DNA of 64,000 nucleotides from contig LSRY02000001.1 of the NCBI GenBank assembly GCA_001643675.2, forward strand, positions 1,364,001-1,428,000, in the 5' to 3' direction. How positions within the stretch are numbered: the first letter of the stretch is position 1; each line of letters opens with the position of its first letter. The notes below the pieces were generated by a model. It was not told the DNA's origin and did not search any database. It saw only the letters and a list, made by a program, of their open reading frames with translations. Made by a program: the position numbers and the translations under genes. The stretch comes from Monocercomonoides exilis PA203 (lineage: Eukaryota > Protista > Preaxostyla). Positions 12,413-25,300 of the stretch are shown piece after piece.

Positions 12413-12540
12413 AAGAAGAAGAAGGCGAAGAAGGCGAAGAAGAAGAAGGCGAAGAAGAAGAAGAAGAAGAAGGCGAAGAAGAAGAAGAAGAAGAAGAAGA
12501 AGAAGAAGAAGAAGAAGAAGAAGACGAAGACGAAGAAGAA
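12371..12540 (+). repeat. Compound (GAAGGCGAA)n/(GAA)n microsatellite
   Basis: Directly visible 9-mer grading into a GAA trinucleotide run. Confidence 0.9.
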
Positions 12541-12794
12541 GTGTATAACAATGATAAGAAAACTGACTGAAATGAATGAAGAATGTATTATTTGAGACTA
12601 ATATGACTCGAATAAGCTGGTGCCATCTATTTTGAAAAGAATCTCTTTTCTTTTCTTTTTCGTTTGTTCATTTTTAGTCATCTGCTTCTTCTTTTACTAC
12701 TGATTTCGTTCCATCTCATTTTGCTTTCTGTCTTTCTGCTGTGGTAATGCAACAAATGATTTATTCTGAAATAAAATAAAATAAAATACCTTCT

Positions 12795-14222
12795 TCACAA
12801 AAGTATAAAATCTCTCTCCCACTTTTCTCCAGGATAATACAACGAAAAATGTTCAACAAACAAGAAATGTTCTAACCCGATGATGTAATCATCAAATCCT
12901 TCTTCTTCGATCTTGTCATATATTTTTCTTTTCAACTCCTTTCTTTTCGTTTCTTCCATTTCATCTTTTTTCTCTTCTTGCAATCTTTTGGAAAGCTTCA
13001 AAAAGAATTCAGGACAACAATATGTCCAATAATTCAATGATTGCTGTGAGATCTCCTCCAAAACAGCATCAACAGCTCCTCCTTTCAACAAGTCATCAAT
13101 TTCCACATTTCTATTTTCTGCTGCACATCGAAGTGAATCGAGACATCCATTGCAAATATCTTTGTGATTGTCCCTTGATGCTCGAATCATTTGAACAAGG
13201 CTGGCTATTAGCTTTGCAAGTTCTTCATTCCGCAATGTGCATGAGAAAAAGTAATCATAAATTGCACCGAACCATCTCTCGATAACAAGCACTTCTTTCG
13301 TTTCTTTTTCTTTTTTATCATCTTTTCTCTTCCAGTCCACACTCTTTGAGAGCTCTTCCAGTTCTTTTGCTGCCTCTTTCGCAAAATGCAATTCATTCAC
13401 CATAATTCCTTCCAAACTATTTTCAAAGTTCAGTCTGCAAATCATATACTTCCAAGCCGACTGATGCGCAAGCGGTGTTAGATTTCGATGTATTTGGTGA
13501 TATTTGATGATATCTTTTATTTCATTCAAATTCAGATCTTTTTCAAAATTCTAATAAAAAAGGAAAAAAATCCAATTCCATTAAAAAATGAAATAGAAAT
13601 GTTGATACTTGCCAAAATCCTGTGCAACTCAAAGCCAGCAAAGCCATTTCCACTTCCTTGAGAACTTCTTCGCTTTCTTCTTTGACCGATGCAGCATTCA
13701 GTAGGAAAGGCTTGCAAATACAAAAAAATCCCGGAGAGGGCTTGCAGCTTAGTAAAACATAGCATCCGCAAATGTTAGCCCACAGCTTTTCGTTTTTTCC
13801 TCCTTTTTTGTTATTTTCTTCAAGAATTATCTTTTCAAATATTTTCTTCAATGAAGAGCCATCAAAGCCACATTTACAAGATCCTTTCAACACTTTGAAA
13901 TATCCCATGTGCTTCAATAGAAGCAATGCATTGCTCAAAGACAATTTTTGTTCTTCAATCATTTCTGCTATCTTGTCAAACATTTCTGTTTTGCTAATTG
14001 TTTCAAATTCACCTTTGCTCATCTCATCAATAAGTCCATTCATTTCTTCGATTTTTTGTTTCTGTTCATTCTCGTTGCAGCCTCCAAGTTTGTCAAACAG
14101 TTCTTCAAAAAAACATGAAAAGGATGAAAAATTGTTTATTTTTCAAATCAGTCATAAATGAACAAACTCAAAAACTTGCCCACAATGTTCATTTCTTGAA
14201 TTCCTTCATCTCCAGCACTCAT
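12795..14222 (-). CDS. Lineage-specific helical (ARM-like) family protein, paralog 2, 3 exons
   Basis: ATG at 14222 (MSAGDEGIQEMNIVGKFL). Introns at about 14104-14167 and 13552-13608 join ORFs 13543-14043 and 12795-13529. Motifs HRNLTPLAHQSAWKY and LLKGGAVDAVL. Confidence 0.75.
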
Positions 14223-17200
14223 TCTATTTGTGATATATTCAGAAAACAATAAACACAACAATACTTCAAACAATGAAATTATCAGCAAAAACAAACTTCT
14301 TTTTTTTTCTGATTTTTTTAAAATGTTTTTGATTAAAAACCAATTACAAGGCTTTTTTTTAATAAAAAAATGTGCAATATGTAACAGCAACAAAACCAAT
14401 GATTGTTTTGTCTTAGAGAAGAAAAACACACCTTTTGTTAATTTTTGATCAAACCAAAAGCTTATGAATCGGTAAAATGTTCTTTTTATTGAAATTGAAG
14501 TTCAAACTATCATATTTTTTGTATGAATGAATAAAACTTCATTTTAATCACAAATATGAATAACGACAGAAGAGAAAATGAAAACAAAATAAGATGATGA
14601 AAAAAACCTGCGTTTCTTTTTTGTGATTTGCAGCAGGGAAAAAAAAATAACAATGAACTTGATGTTTACGTATTCTATGTATTTTTTTCCTCGTTTGTTA
14701 TTTTTTTCATTCTTGTTTGCTTTCATTCGACAAATCCAAAGGAATTGTTTTTGGTTTTTGTTATGAAAGCAGATAGTCAAAATGGAATAACAGGACAAAA
14801 GCATCGGAGAGTCCATGTGAAAGAAAAAATGAAAAAAATTCCCAGGCATATAGAAGACCAAGTCAACGCTCCTTAATCAAGATAATGGATTTTTTTTTTT
14901 TACAAAAAAAAGGTTTATACAAACGAAATCTTTTGGAGTTCAACTTCAATGGCGAAGAAACAATATTCAGCCTTTTTCAAAGTCATTTCAAAAAGAGATA
15001 TTCACGCATTAGCATGCCATTTTGTTGAGCATCTTTGGTACCAAAGGCCATTTGGCTTCATCTGAAAGGAAATAGCAAGCCAAAAATGGAGAAGATCCCT
15101 TTTGAAAGCGACATGAATGAAGGAAGCACAAATGCAAACATTTCATCTTTCAATTACCAACAGAAATTAAATGTTTTGAATGGAAAGAACAAATGCAATA
15201 ATTTTTACTTCAAATTTGCAAGAATGATGAGAATGGCTGACATCCAGATTCAATTTTCAAATATTCTTTTTGTTCAAACTTCTTCATTGTTGGACAAAAC
15301 AGAAAAGTTTGTTTCATTCCCATCAACTACATCAGTTGAGCTCAATAGCACAAGCAAATGAATGAAATTACAACATCTTTTTCCTTCTGCTCCTTCTTCA
15401 CTTGGTGCAACAGTATCAGCTGCAAAGACATCGCTGCATGGGCATCATCTGCTGAATGAGCTGTGATGCATACAGTACGATGGCAGGTTCAGTGGAGAGA
15501 AAAATATGACGAAGCAAAATGAAGATTAATTGTCATGAACACAGCAGCTGAATCTGAAGCAAAAAGGAAAAGCGAAAGAAGTCACCAAAATGAATTTGAA
15601 GCTTAGATGATATCAAAGATGCTTTTTGTGCCATGGGTTGCACAAGTCCGTTTCAACTGCTTCAGACACAAATGCTGCATCCTTTTGCATCTGATGCATC
15701 TCTTAATATGGCATTGTCGATGTTGTCATCCTCAAATGAAAGAGTCCAAGCGAAAAATCATGCACATGGTTCCAGAGTCCTGCGCCTCTCTTGAAATCAA
15801 CACTTTCATCAGCCAATATGCAATCTTCTTCTTCATCTGCAATTTCACAAAGTTTTGCTCTTTTTCTTTCAGGTCATCTTCACTTTTATCTCAACATTTC
15901 AATACATCATCTTCCTTTCCCAAACAATCATTGTTGCCTTCTTCTTTTGCTGATATCTCTTCCTCATCTTCACATATCTATTTCTATATAATTTCTTTAA
16001 ATGTTTTTCATCGTTTTCTTCTTCATTTCACTCATTATTTCTGGCACGAAAGCTGATGAGAATAACTCTGATTACACAATATGGATAATGTTAATAATGG
16101 AATTATGATGTGATTTGATGAAGACTTGCATGTGGAAGAAGATGATGAAGAAAGGAGAAATGAATGTTTTCACAATAAATCTACTGTTCTTCAGTAACTT
16201 TGAGAAAGAAAGATGAAAAAAGTTGACATTCATTCAGCTATTTTCATGCTGAGGATGATGATACAGATTTAATGAAATCTTCATGTTCAAGGCACACAAC
16301 TCAATTGATCATGAACAAAAATTGAAATGGAGGGCAAGAATCACTTTTCTGAAAACAGATGAAGAACCAAAGCCATCAAATTCTCTTTCATTGGATGCTG
16401 TGATAAAGAAAGCAAACTTCGAATGATAATCGCTTTTTTTGCTCATGATGACTGTCCCTTCAAAAAATGAAATCCAAAAGCGATTAGTTAGAAAGTTGTT
16501 CGACTGCCAACAAATATTCGATAATAGGTTGTTTCTTCGATGGCTTTTCTCCACCCTTTCGAAGCAAAAGCGGAAGCAGAAATAAAAATTCTTCGCTTTC
16601 CATGCCTGCCTGGCACAGTCCGAAAAACAGAAAAACCTTATAAATATAACCGATATTTTGGGGTTCTCCTTTTTTCCATTGAATTCTTGCCTGTTTTAAG
16701 TAATAAATATCCTTCCCTCGATATTGCCAGCCACTTTCCTTGCCCAAAAAAATACCCCAAACTGCTCCACTGCATTAAATTCCAAAATTCTACATAGTTT
16801 TGTGCAGATTTTGTCCTTCACAGAATTCCATCCATAAATCTTCATTCAATAAAATAACAATTGAATTTGTTTTCATCTCTTGTTCCTAATAAAAATCATA
16901 TATCTTGCGCAACTTCCTTTATTTCCCAATGGCTATATAATAATCATCTGCATTCTCATCGCATTGCCCTGCAAAGCGGAGATTGGCCATTTCAACAATA
17001 ACTCACATTCCTGGGCTTTAGAGAGGATACAGATGGAAATATCTTCACAACAAACAAAACAATAAAAATTACATACAATATCATTTTTGTGTTATTGATG
17101 AAATTGTTGTATTCCCCTTGTTCATCAAATTGACTAAAATCATCAGATAAAACTTCAAATTTTATGAATAACCATCATTTCTTGTTATCCCCACAGAAAA

Positions 17201-17516
17201 TAATATTCTTAGTTCTACAGGTCATGCTCCCTCACGGATTTCTCATTCTGTGAATGGAATATTCCGTTTTTTCAAATCTGATGATCATTGAATCCATTAC
17301 AAAAAAGACTCAAGTTACAAACCGTTGTTTTTCTTCATTATATCCTTTTCAAAAATACCAAGACGAAAAAGGGAGGTGCGAACGCAACTTTTTAATGACT
17401 ATTTTTAAGATTTAATCATTCATGCATTTCCTACTATCCAAACAAATGTGAATTCTATTCAAATGACGAAATTTTGTTGTTTTCTGGATTCGCTATTTTT
17501 GAAAAAAATACAGGAA

Positions 17517-18912
17517 ATGGCAGCTACTGAAAGGCTCACAGGTTTGTATTATTGATTCATTTGAATTCATGTTGATTGGATTCTTTTCTTTATTTTTATT
17601 AAAGAATTGTTTTCTGAACTAAAGTATTGCGATGAGGATGAACAAAAACAGAAAATTTGTGCAATGAATGAGATAGTTGATAAAATGAACAGAGAAGAAT
17701 ACGATTCTGTTTTCACAACCGAACTGTTTGATAAAATACACCAAATGATTGAGGAAAAGAAACTATCAATGGGAAAAGCTATTTTGTTGCTGAAGTGCAT
17801 TGGATATTGGAAAGTGCTGAAAAATGTGTGCTTTCTTTCATTTGAATATACTTTGCTGTCAAAAGATTTGAGAAGATGATTGTTGAGGAAGAACAGAAAA
17901 AAGAAGGGAAAAACGAGAAGCTTCTGAATGATCTCTGTGAATGCTTGCTTTCTTTGAATTACGAATTCACGGACATTCCAGAAGAAATAACTGAAATTTG
18001 TGTATCATGCCTTTTGAAAGTGGCATTGAGGAAAGAAGAAAATGAGGAGACAAAGAAAGAAGCGGAAATGGCTTTGCTGGCGTTGAGTAATATATTCTGC
18101 TACGTATGTGTATTTCTATTGCACTTTTTACATATTTAATTCTTTTATTGTCTTTGTTTTAGGAAACTGCAGATGAATTGTATTTGAATGAAATACGAGA
18201 GATTATAAAGTATCATCAAGAGCGTTGCAATCTGACACGACTTGCCTATCAGTCTGCTTGGAAATTTTTGGTGCAAAGATTTTACAGCGTTTTATCTTTG
18301 GAAGAAGTTATTGTGAATGAACTGTATTTTGCAAGAGAAGCAATCAAAGAATTGAATGAATTGATAAATGAAGTGGATTGAAAAAGAAAAGAAAAAATGA
18401 CAAAAGAATTTTTTGTAATAATGAAATGGCTAAGAACATTGGAGATGTATTTTTTGTTGTGCAATTTGCGGAGTGAAGAATTTGTTGGGCTTATGAACTG
18501 TGTAGGGAATATATGTGGGGCAGAGCAGGATGGCAAGAGAGAAATGAGGAGAAAATGCATTTGCTTGTTTGAAGTGGGGACACAATACGGAGCAGCGAGA
18601 GTTGATGGCTTGTTGAAATGCAGGACAGTTGATGTAATTTTGGAGGAGATTCATCGATCGACAATGGATATCATAACAGAAAATGAATGCATGACATTTT
18701 TTATGAACATTTCGATGCGATTGAAAGGAAATGCGGAGAATGAAATGGAAGAAGCGAAAAGGAAAGAGTTGAAAAGGAAAATGTTTGAAAAGTCGGAAGA
18801 AGAAGGATGTGAAGATATTTTCACAAGCCTTCATAAAAGACTGAATTTCCTTGGATAAAGATATAATTATCGATTGCCAATGAATGTTTCTGATTTTTTT
18901 GCGAATGTTTAA
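17517..18912 (+). pseudogene. Disrupted paralog 3 of the same helical family
   Basis: Same exon layout (introns 17542-17604 and 18104-18162). It has a frameshift near 17860-17876, TGA at 18379-18381 where the paralogs have W (VDWK/IDWK), and a probable premature TAA at 18856-18858; the frame continues to TAA 18910-18912. Confidence 0.75.
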
Positions 18913-21900
18913 GAAAACGAGATGAAATGTATTGAGTTTTGCGTGCGAGAGAATAATTTTTTCTTTTTACTTTTTTCTTTTTTCTTTTTTTCTTTTTTTT
19001 TTCTTTTTTCTTTTTTTTTTTTTTTTTTCACAATTCGAAAAGCATTTGAAACATATTTTTCCAAAAAAAATTGTGTTTTTTTCCCACTTCATTTTGAAAA
19101 AATAAAGAAATTAAAAAAATTCTTTGAACGGTTTCTCCGTTTTCTTCTATTCATCTAAAAAATTCTTCCTCAAATAACTTGTCCTCTTGGCTGTTTCGCA
19201 TAAACAATTTTTCACATAACAAAGTTTCATAAAAATTTTCACAACTTTTTGAAATTATTTTCTATTAAAATAATTCATTGTGTTCTCTTTTTTGAAACAA
19301 TAATCAAATAAAATATATTGTCCATATTTTTTTTTGTAAAATACCTTTTGTTTTGTTTTCCAAAAAAACAATAACTAGATATTTCGATAAAATCGCTGTT
19401 TCCACTCACCAGATTTCACTGTTGTGAAAACAAAATCTTGACAATGTCATTATTTCCACCTTAGTGAAGTTCAGTGAAAGAGACCAGAAATTTGATCGAA
19501 ATATGATAATTATATTTCTTTTGAAAACAAAACAAAAAGAACAAAAAAATTTTTTTTGTTGACATATTGAATCATGTTGTTTTTTCAAAATAATTCTATT
19601 CAGATACTCGTTGTTTTATCGAAAAAATGTATTTTTTTCAGAAATACATTTTTTGACTTCGATGTTAATTTTTGAAATCAAAACTTTTTTCATGGGATTG
19701 ATTTTTCAAAGGTTGTTGACCTTCGGAAAGAGATTTTGTATTCAAATGGTGAATTCATCACGACAGTTAAAAAAAAAAAAACAAACGTGAGAGCTGAAAA
19801 AAAGACGATGATTTCTTGAATGTACAAGTTCACTTTTCAGCATTCATTTCCAAACATTCAAGGATATTTTTCCAATCGAAAATAATGAATGAAAAAATAA
19901 GTTTTTATAAATGATAACCCACATTCTTTTTCAAAATAAGAATTCTCTGTTTCACAAAGCAAAAATGTCTTTCATATATGTTCAAAACAATACAAATAAT
20001 AGATTTTTTGCACGAAATGATAAAATGTCTGTGAACACTATCAAGTTAAAAATATTCATTGAAAAAAAATAGTTGAACATTGAACAATGAGATCATGCAA
20101 AAAGCAATCATATGCTTTGCGATAATATCCGATTTTTATGATTTTCGAAAGTTTTTTTTTTTTGAAAAGTTTTCAAAATTCATTTTTCAGGTTTAATAAA
20201 ACATTGATTATTTTGTTATCTGTTCTTGTTGCTGAAAGGGGAAATCGAAGAAAAAACACAAAATATTTTCATTTAGTTTGAACACTTGCTCTCATTTGCT
20301 TTTTGAGATATTTTTATATGTCGAGAAAAAAAACGAATCAAAGAATGTGTGTTATCATTTCACATGTCAATTAGTAATTTGTTTTTATTCAATTAAAAAA
20401 AAATTGACTCAAATTTTATAAGTTTGCTGCTGTGTCTGCATTTTCAAAATCTAAGATATTCCATTTAAAAGTTTAAAATGGGTAATTCTTTTTGAGAAGT
20501 CGCAAATGTTGAATTTTCAAAAACAAATCAAAAATTTCATATTTAGCTCAAATTTCTGTTTCCACTCATGAATCTTCTTAAGAATGTGTTAAATAACATT
20601 ATACAGAAAAAGATTCCATATTGGAGAAGTTTGGTGAATACCAACAAAATTTTGAGCATTATATGAAACTTTTGATTTATTTGAAAATTAAACATTTGCG
20701 ACTTATCAAAAAGAATTGCCCAAATTGTATATATCAGGGTTTTTGAATTTTTCTTGATTTGATTCCTATTTGCAGTTAATCTCAGAAAATTCATCACTTT
20801 GTCAAATAAAACATTCAAACCTATTTGATGTGAGAGTGCGTGAGCTGTGTGAAATTTTGATTAAATTTCTTAAAAATTGATCAAATAAGGTTCAATAAAA
20901 ATATGCCAAAATAATATTCATTATCTATTTTTCAAAAAGAATCGTCCATTTCCATGGATAATGTTTTTTGAGATGTGTTCCGAATTTATCTATTTCGATT
21001 TTGCCGATTTGATGAGCACATTGAAGGAGTGTCTCAATTATTTTTGATTAAAATTACATTTAAGGAATCAAAATCTTGATTTGCCTTTTTTGTTTGCATT
21101 CATTCAATAACACTCAAAATTTTTTTTAAAAAAAAATTGATATTATTTGTATTGTGATTTTGAATGAAAGGCAGAATTTTTTTGTAGATTCTTTTTGCTT
21201 ATTATTCATGAAAAGTCTTCATTTTCCAAAGTTTGTCAAATCTGAAAATTGAAAGAAAAAATTATGTGCTGAACTTAATTCTTAAAGCATAGATTTTCAT
21301 CCCATTTGATTTTGTTTAATAATTTCTTGCTTTCACTGACAAAGCTGGATAAAATGGAATACTATGCAACATAATTCATAACCGTGCGTTAATTCATTTC
21401 ACTTCTTTTGAAATGATTATCCTTCAAAAAAATGTATGAAAGCCATTCTTCAAACATTTCAAATCTATTTCACATGCTGCTTATTTTGCATAAAATATTT
21501 AAAAAAAAAAGCTATAGATTGACATTAACTAATTCAAAAGCTCCTCCAAAAATTTAGAGTCGCTAAATGCAAACACAGAAATCCGTTATAACGACGAAAA
21601 AAGGATTAAACAAATGCTAATTTCTGAACACTCATCAAAAATAATTTCGTATCGCAGATGCCTTCGTCAAACTCTGACAAAGAAAAGCCGCATGAAAAAT
21701 TTTAAGCAAAATAATTGAATGAATAACGAAAATTATGTCGCTCGATAGTAAAGATCAGAATTCTTTAGATGAAAAAAAGAAAAAAATTTCAAAATGAAAA
21801 GAAAGTTTCAGAAACAACAAAGGCACAAAAGAAGAGTCAGAGCGAGAAAAAGAAGATCGCAAACTCATAAAATTAATTTGAAAAATATGATACAATAATA

Positions 21901-22015
21901 AGGAAAAACCTCTTGAGTTTAACGAAAGCAAGTAATTGCACAAAGAACAAAATGCTCAATTCTTGTTGACAACAACAAAAATATAAGGAAACATGAAAAT
22001 GCAGAAACAAACAAG

Positions 22016-22052
<37 letters not shown>

Positions 22053-22314
22053 AAGCTTTCTCATTTTCAACAGACAGTGCGATGAATTGGTGATTTCAAT
22101 CAAAAACTTGTAAAGGATTGTGGCTGAGTGGATGCATTCCAAGCAATTCAGCTCTCTTTTCAGAGATGCGCAAAACATATAACAGACACAAACAAAGAAA
22201 CTTAACATTTACAGTTTATATAAAAAAAAAGAAAAAGAAATGCGTTTCTCTTTTATTTGAATTTGACCGTGCCAAATAAAAAAATCAGTGAGACTGCTAA
22301 CATAATTCAGCACT

Positions 22315-25300
22315 TCATTTCACTGTTTTCTTTTTCATTTGCAAACGCTGTTGCTTTTCAGAAGGATTTGGCTCTTCCTCCTCCTCTTCTTCATACTCTT
22401 CTTCATACTCTTCATATTCGTTCTCTTCTCCTTCATCTCCTTCTTCCTCTTCCTCACCTTCCCCTTCTTCTTCTTCTTCCTCTTCTTCTTCTTTTCTTTG
22501 TTGTTGATCCAGCTGCAACTGATGTTCATGTTCAGAACTCGTCGAATGACAAGAAGAATGCGTAGTCAATACAGCAGAAGTCGAAGAAACAGAAGCAGAA
22601 TTCGAAGAAGAAGAAGAAGAAAGAAAAGACAAGGGAGGCATGTTGAGGCAAGGTGAGATTGGATTGGCATCGCCATCATCAGAACACCCTGTTGATTTCA
22701 TTGAAGAAGAAGAAGAAGAAGAAACAGAAGCAGCAGCACAGTTTCTTTCTGGCTCATTCACACAAGATGCACTTGCTGCTGATGATGCAGCAGGCGATTT
22801 AGCTGAAGAAAGCTGAGCCGTCTGGTGCAGATGGCGACTGGCAGCGGAGGAAGAGAGTGTTCTTGTTGGAGAAGACGGAGAAGCAGCGGAATGCTGCAAG
22901 TTTGTTGGCAGAAGAGCCGAAGAGTGGCGCGGGTGGTGTCTGCCTTGTGGAGACTGCGAGATGAGAGAGCCCGAATGGACAGAGGTGGTGGTGGATGTGG
23001 GGGCAATGGGGGTGAGTGAGGAGTGGGAAGAGAGGGAAGAAAGAGAAGAGAGGGAAGACAGTGGAAGCAGAGGAGACGAGGAGCGGCTGTGAGAAGACAA
23101 AGAAGATGAAGAGTTATTAGAGGAGGAAGAAGATGACACAGAAGAAGAGGAAGAAGAGGAAGAAGAGCGTGAGTGGTGTGTTTCTGTGTCAGAAGTTGGA
23201 GGTTCGACTTCGTCAGGCAGTGTGGAAGGGAGTGTGGCAAGGGCGTTGAGGAAGCTGGTGATGCCAGACTTGAGAGAAGACAAGATGCCTGACGATTCCT
23301 CTTTCTTCGAGTGGCGCGAGGAGAAATGAGAAGATGAAAAGTTTTGTGGAGAAGAAGAAGATGAAGACGAAGAAGAAGAAGAAGGAGATGATGACGAAGA
23401 TGAAGATGAATTGATATCAGGGATGGATAGCTCTGTTGGTGGAGAATGTGAATGCGAATGTGAATGCGAAGAAGAAGAAGAGGAAGAAGAAGATGATGAT
23501 GACTTTGAAGTGGTAAGAGAAGCTGTGCGTGAAGATCTCGGCGGAGGAGGCAGAGGAGCAGAAGTAGAAGAAGAAGATGATGCTGTTGCTGAAGAGGAAT
23601 GATGAATGAATCTGGGTGTCCTTCTGCTGCTGCTCCGCACACTCTCGTTGTCTGCGCTCTCGTCACTCGACAGCTCATCCACATACAATTCAGATGGCTC
23701 ACTGTCTGTCTCTGTGTCGGTCTCACTCTCTGTGTCTGTGTCTGCGTTCATCAGACTCAGCAGCTCTTCCGTGTCTTCCTCGTCAGTCGTGTCATATTCT
23801 CCATTCATGTTCGAATTCCCATTGGCTGCACCACTCGCACTTTCTTCGCTCTCTTTCTTCCGCTGCAGCTTTAACTGCTTCAGCTCTTCTTTCTTCTTCT
23901 TCTTCTTCTCAAGCGCCTCCCTCTTCCTCTCTGCTGCTTTGCGTTTTTCTCCTCCTCCTTCACCACTTCCTCCTCCTCCTCCTCCTCCTCCTCCTCCATC
24001 CTCAGATGAGGCTGGCATCGACTCTGTCAGCACAAAATCGCACATCTGACTCATTTTGTCTTTGAAGATGAACTTCCATTCACAAGGGAAGTAGATAGAC
24101 CAGATGTGGAAGTCTTCAAGAGAAGGTCGAAGGATCTGGAATGAATAGGGGAAGGAAGAATAAATAGAAGAAAAAATAAAATGATGAAAAAATGAATGAA
24201 TGAATGAATGAATGAATAATCAATCAAACAATAAATAGAATAATCATTTTTTTAAAAAAAAGGTACAAATTCCTTCTCACATCCACTCCACATCTCACAA
24301 AATATATCCACATACATCAGGGCACTCCTTGAAATCCGGGTTAGTGAACTTCGCCGCGTTTGCCTTGATGTGCGACCAGATGGAGCGTGTCCTCTGCACA
24401 CAGCGCATTCTCTTCCTCTCACTCTCGCTGTCTGTGATGAAGTTGCCAAAGAGACAGGACGTGGTGTGCTTGGCAATGAAGCGCAGCATCCGCTCGTTGA
24501 ACTCAAACACATTCGGGTTCTGATGCACACACTGGTGCAGACAGTCCACAAACTGCACAAACGTCGGGGAAATGTTCTTCGCATCGCAGGCGTCTCCCAC
24601 ACGGCACCCTGTCCGCAGGGCGAAGCGGTGGCCGAACATGCACCAGTCCTTTTCGATCAGCACAATCACCCCGTCGAGTGTTCGATAGTAAGGATCCAGG
24701 AACAACGACGCCAAGGAACAGAGGCAGGGCGTGCGGTCCCAGCCGTCTGTGCAGTGGATGAGCACGTTGCGCTGGGAGAGGATGACGTCGGTGATGGAGA
24801 GGGAACAGGAGAGGATGAGGCGCAGATGGCTGAACCAGTTGGACTCACGCACGAGCTGGTGGAAGCTGAAAGAGAAAGAGGATGGTTAATCAGAGGAGAT
24901 GGAGAGAAGAATGAGAGGATGAAAAAAAAGAAATAAAAAAAATCAATAAGAAAAACAATAATAATAAAAAAGAAATTATAACAATATCAATAATAATAAT
25001 TATTATCAAATAATAATTATATTAAAAATATCTATAATATCACTTAACATCACAAAACACACCGCTCTTTCGACAGATGCTCCTCCACCACTGTCTTGCA
25101 CGCCTCAGTCAGCTTGTACAGGCTCTTCCGCATGTGATGAATGTTTTCTATGCCCAAAAACTCGAACGAGGCGAATTCAAGTGACTTTTCATCTTCGTAG
25201 CCACCTTTCATGAGACGGTTGCCGAGTGCAGAGAGCTTTGGGCGGGCATCGACGATGTGGAGGAGAGGGAGGGAGGAAGGATGAGAGGAAGAAGAGGAAG

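Noticed and set aside
11558-12551. EGK-, FPS- and FLL-repeat ORFs (collagen-like Gly periodicity)
   Set aside because: They arise from a stop-free 9-mer with no synonymous variation, so there is no sign of protein-level selection.
14900-16900. Short ORFs with weak coding-like texture
   Set aside because: No recognisable motif or consistent frame; probably debris, not supportable as features.
17517-18912. Stop-codon reassignment or readthrough as an explanation for in-frame stops
   Set aside because: Conserved genes end in TAA, TAG or TGA, long ORFs lack internal stops, and this copy also has a frameshift.
18950-22200. AT-rich stretch with poly-T/A runs and F/K-rich ORFs
   Set aside because: Compositional artefacts; no repeat structure or RNA gene recognised by eye.
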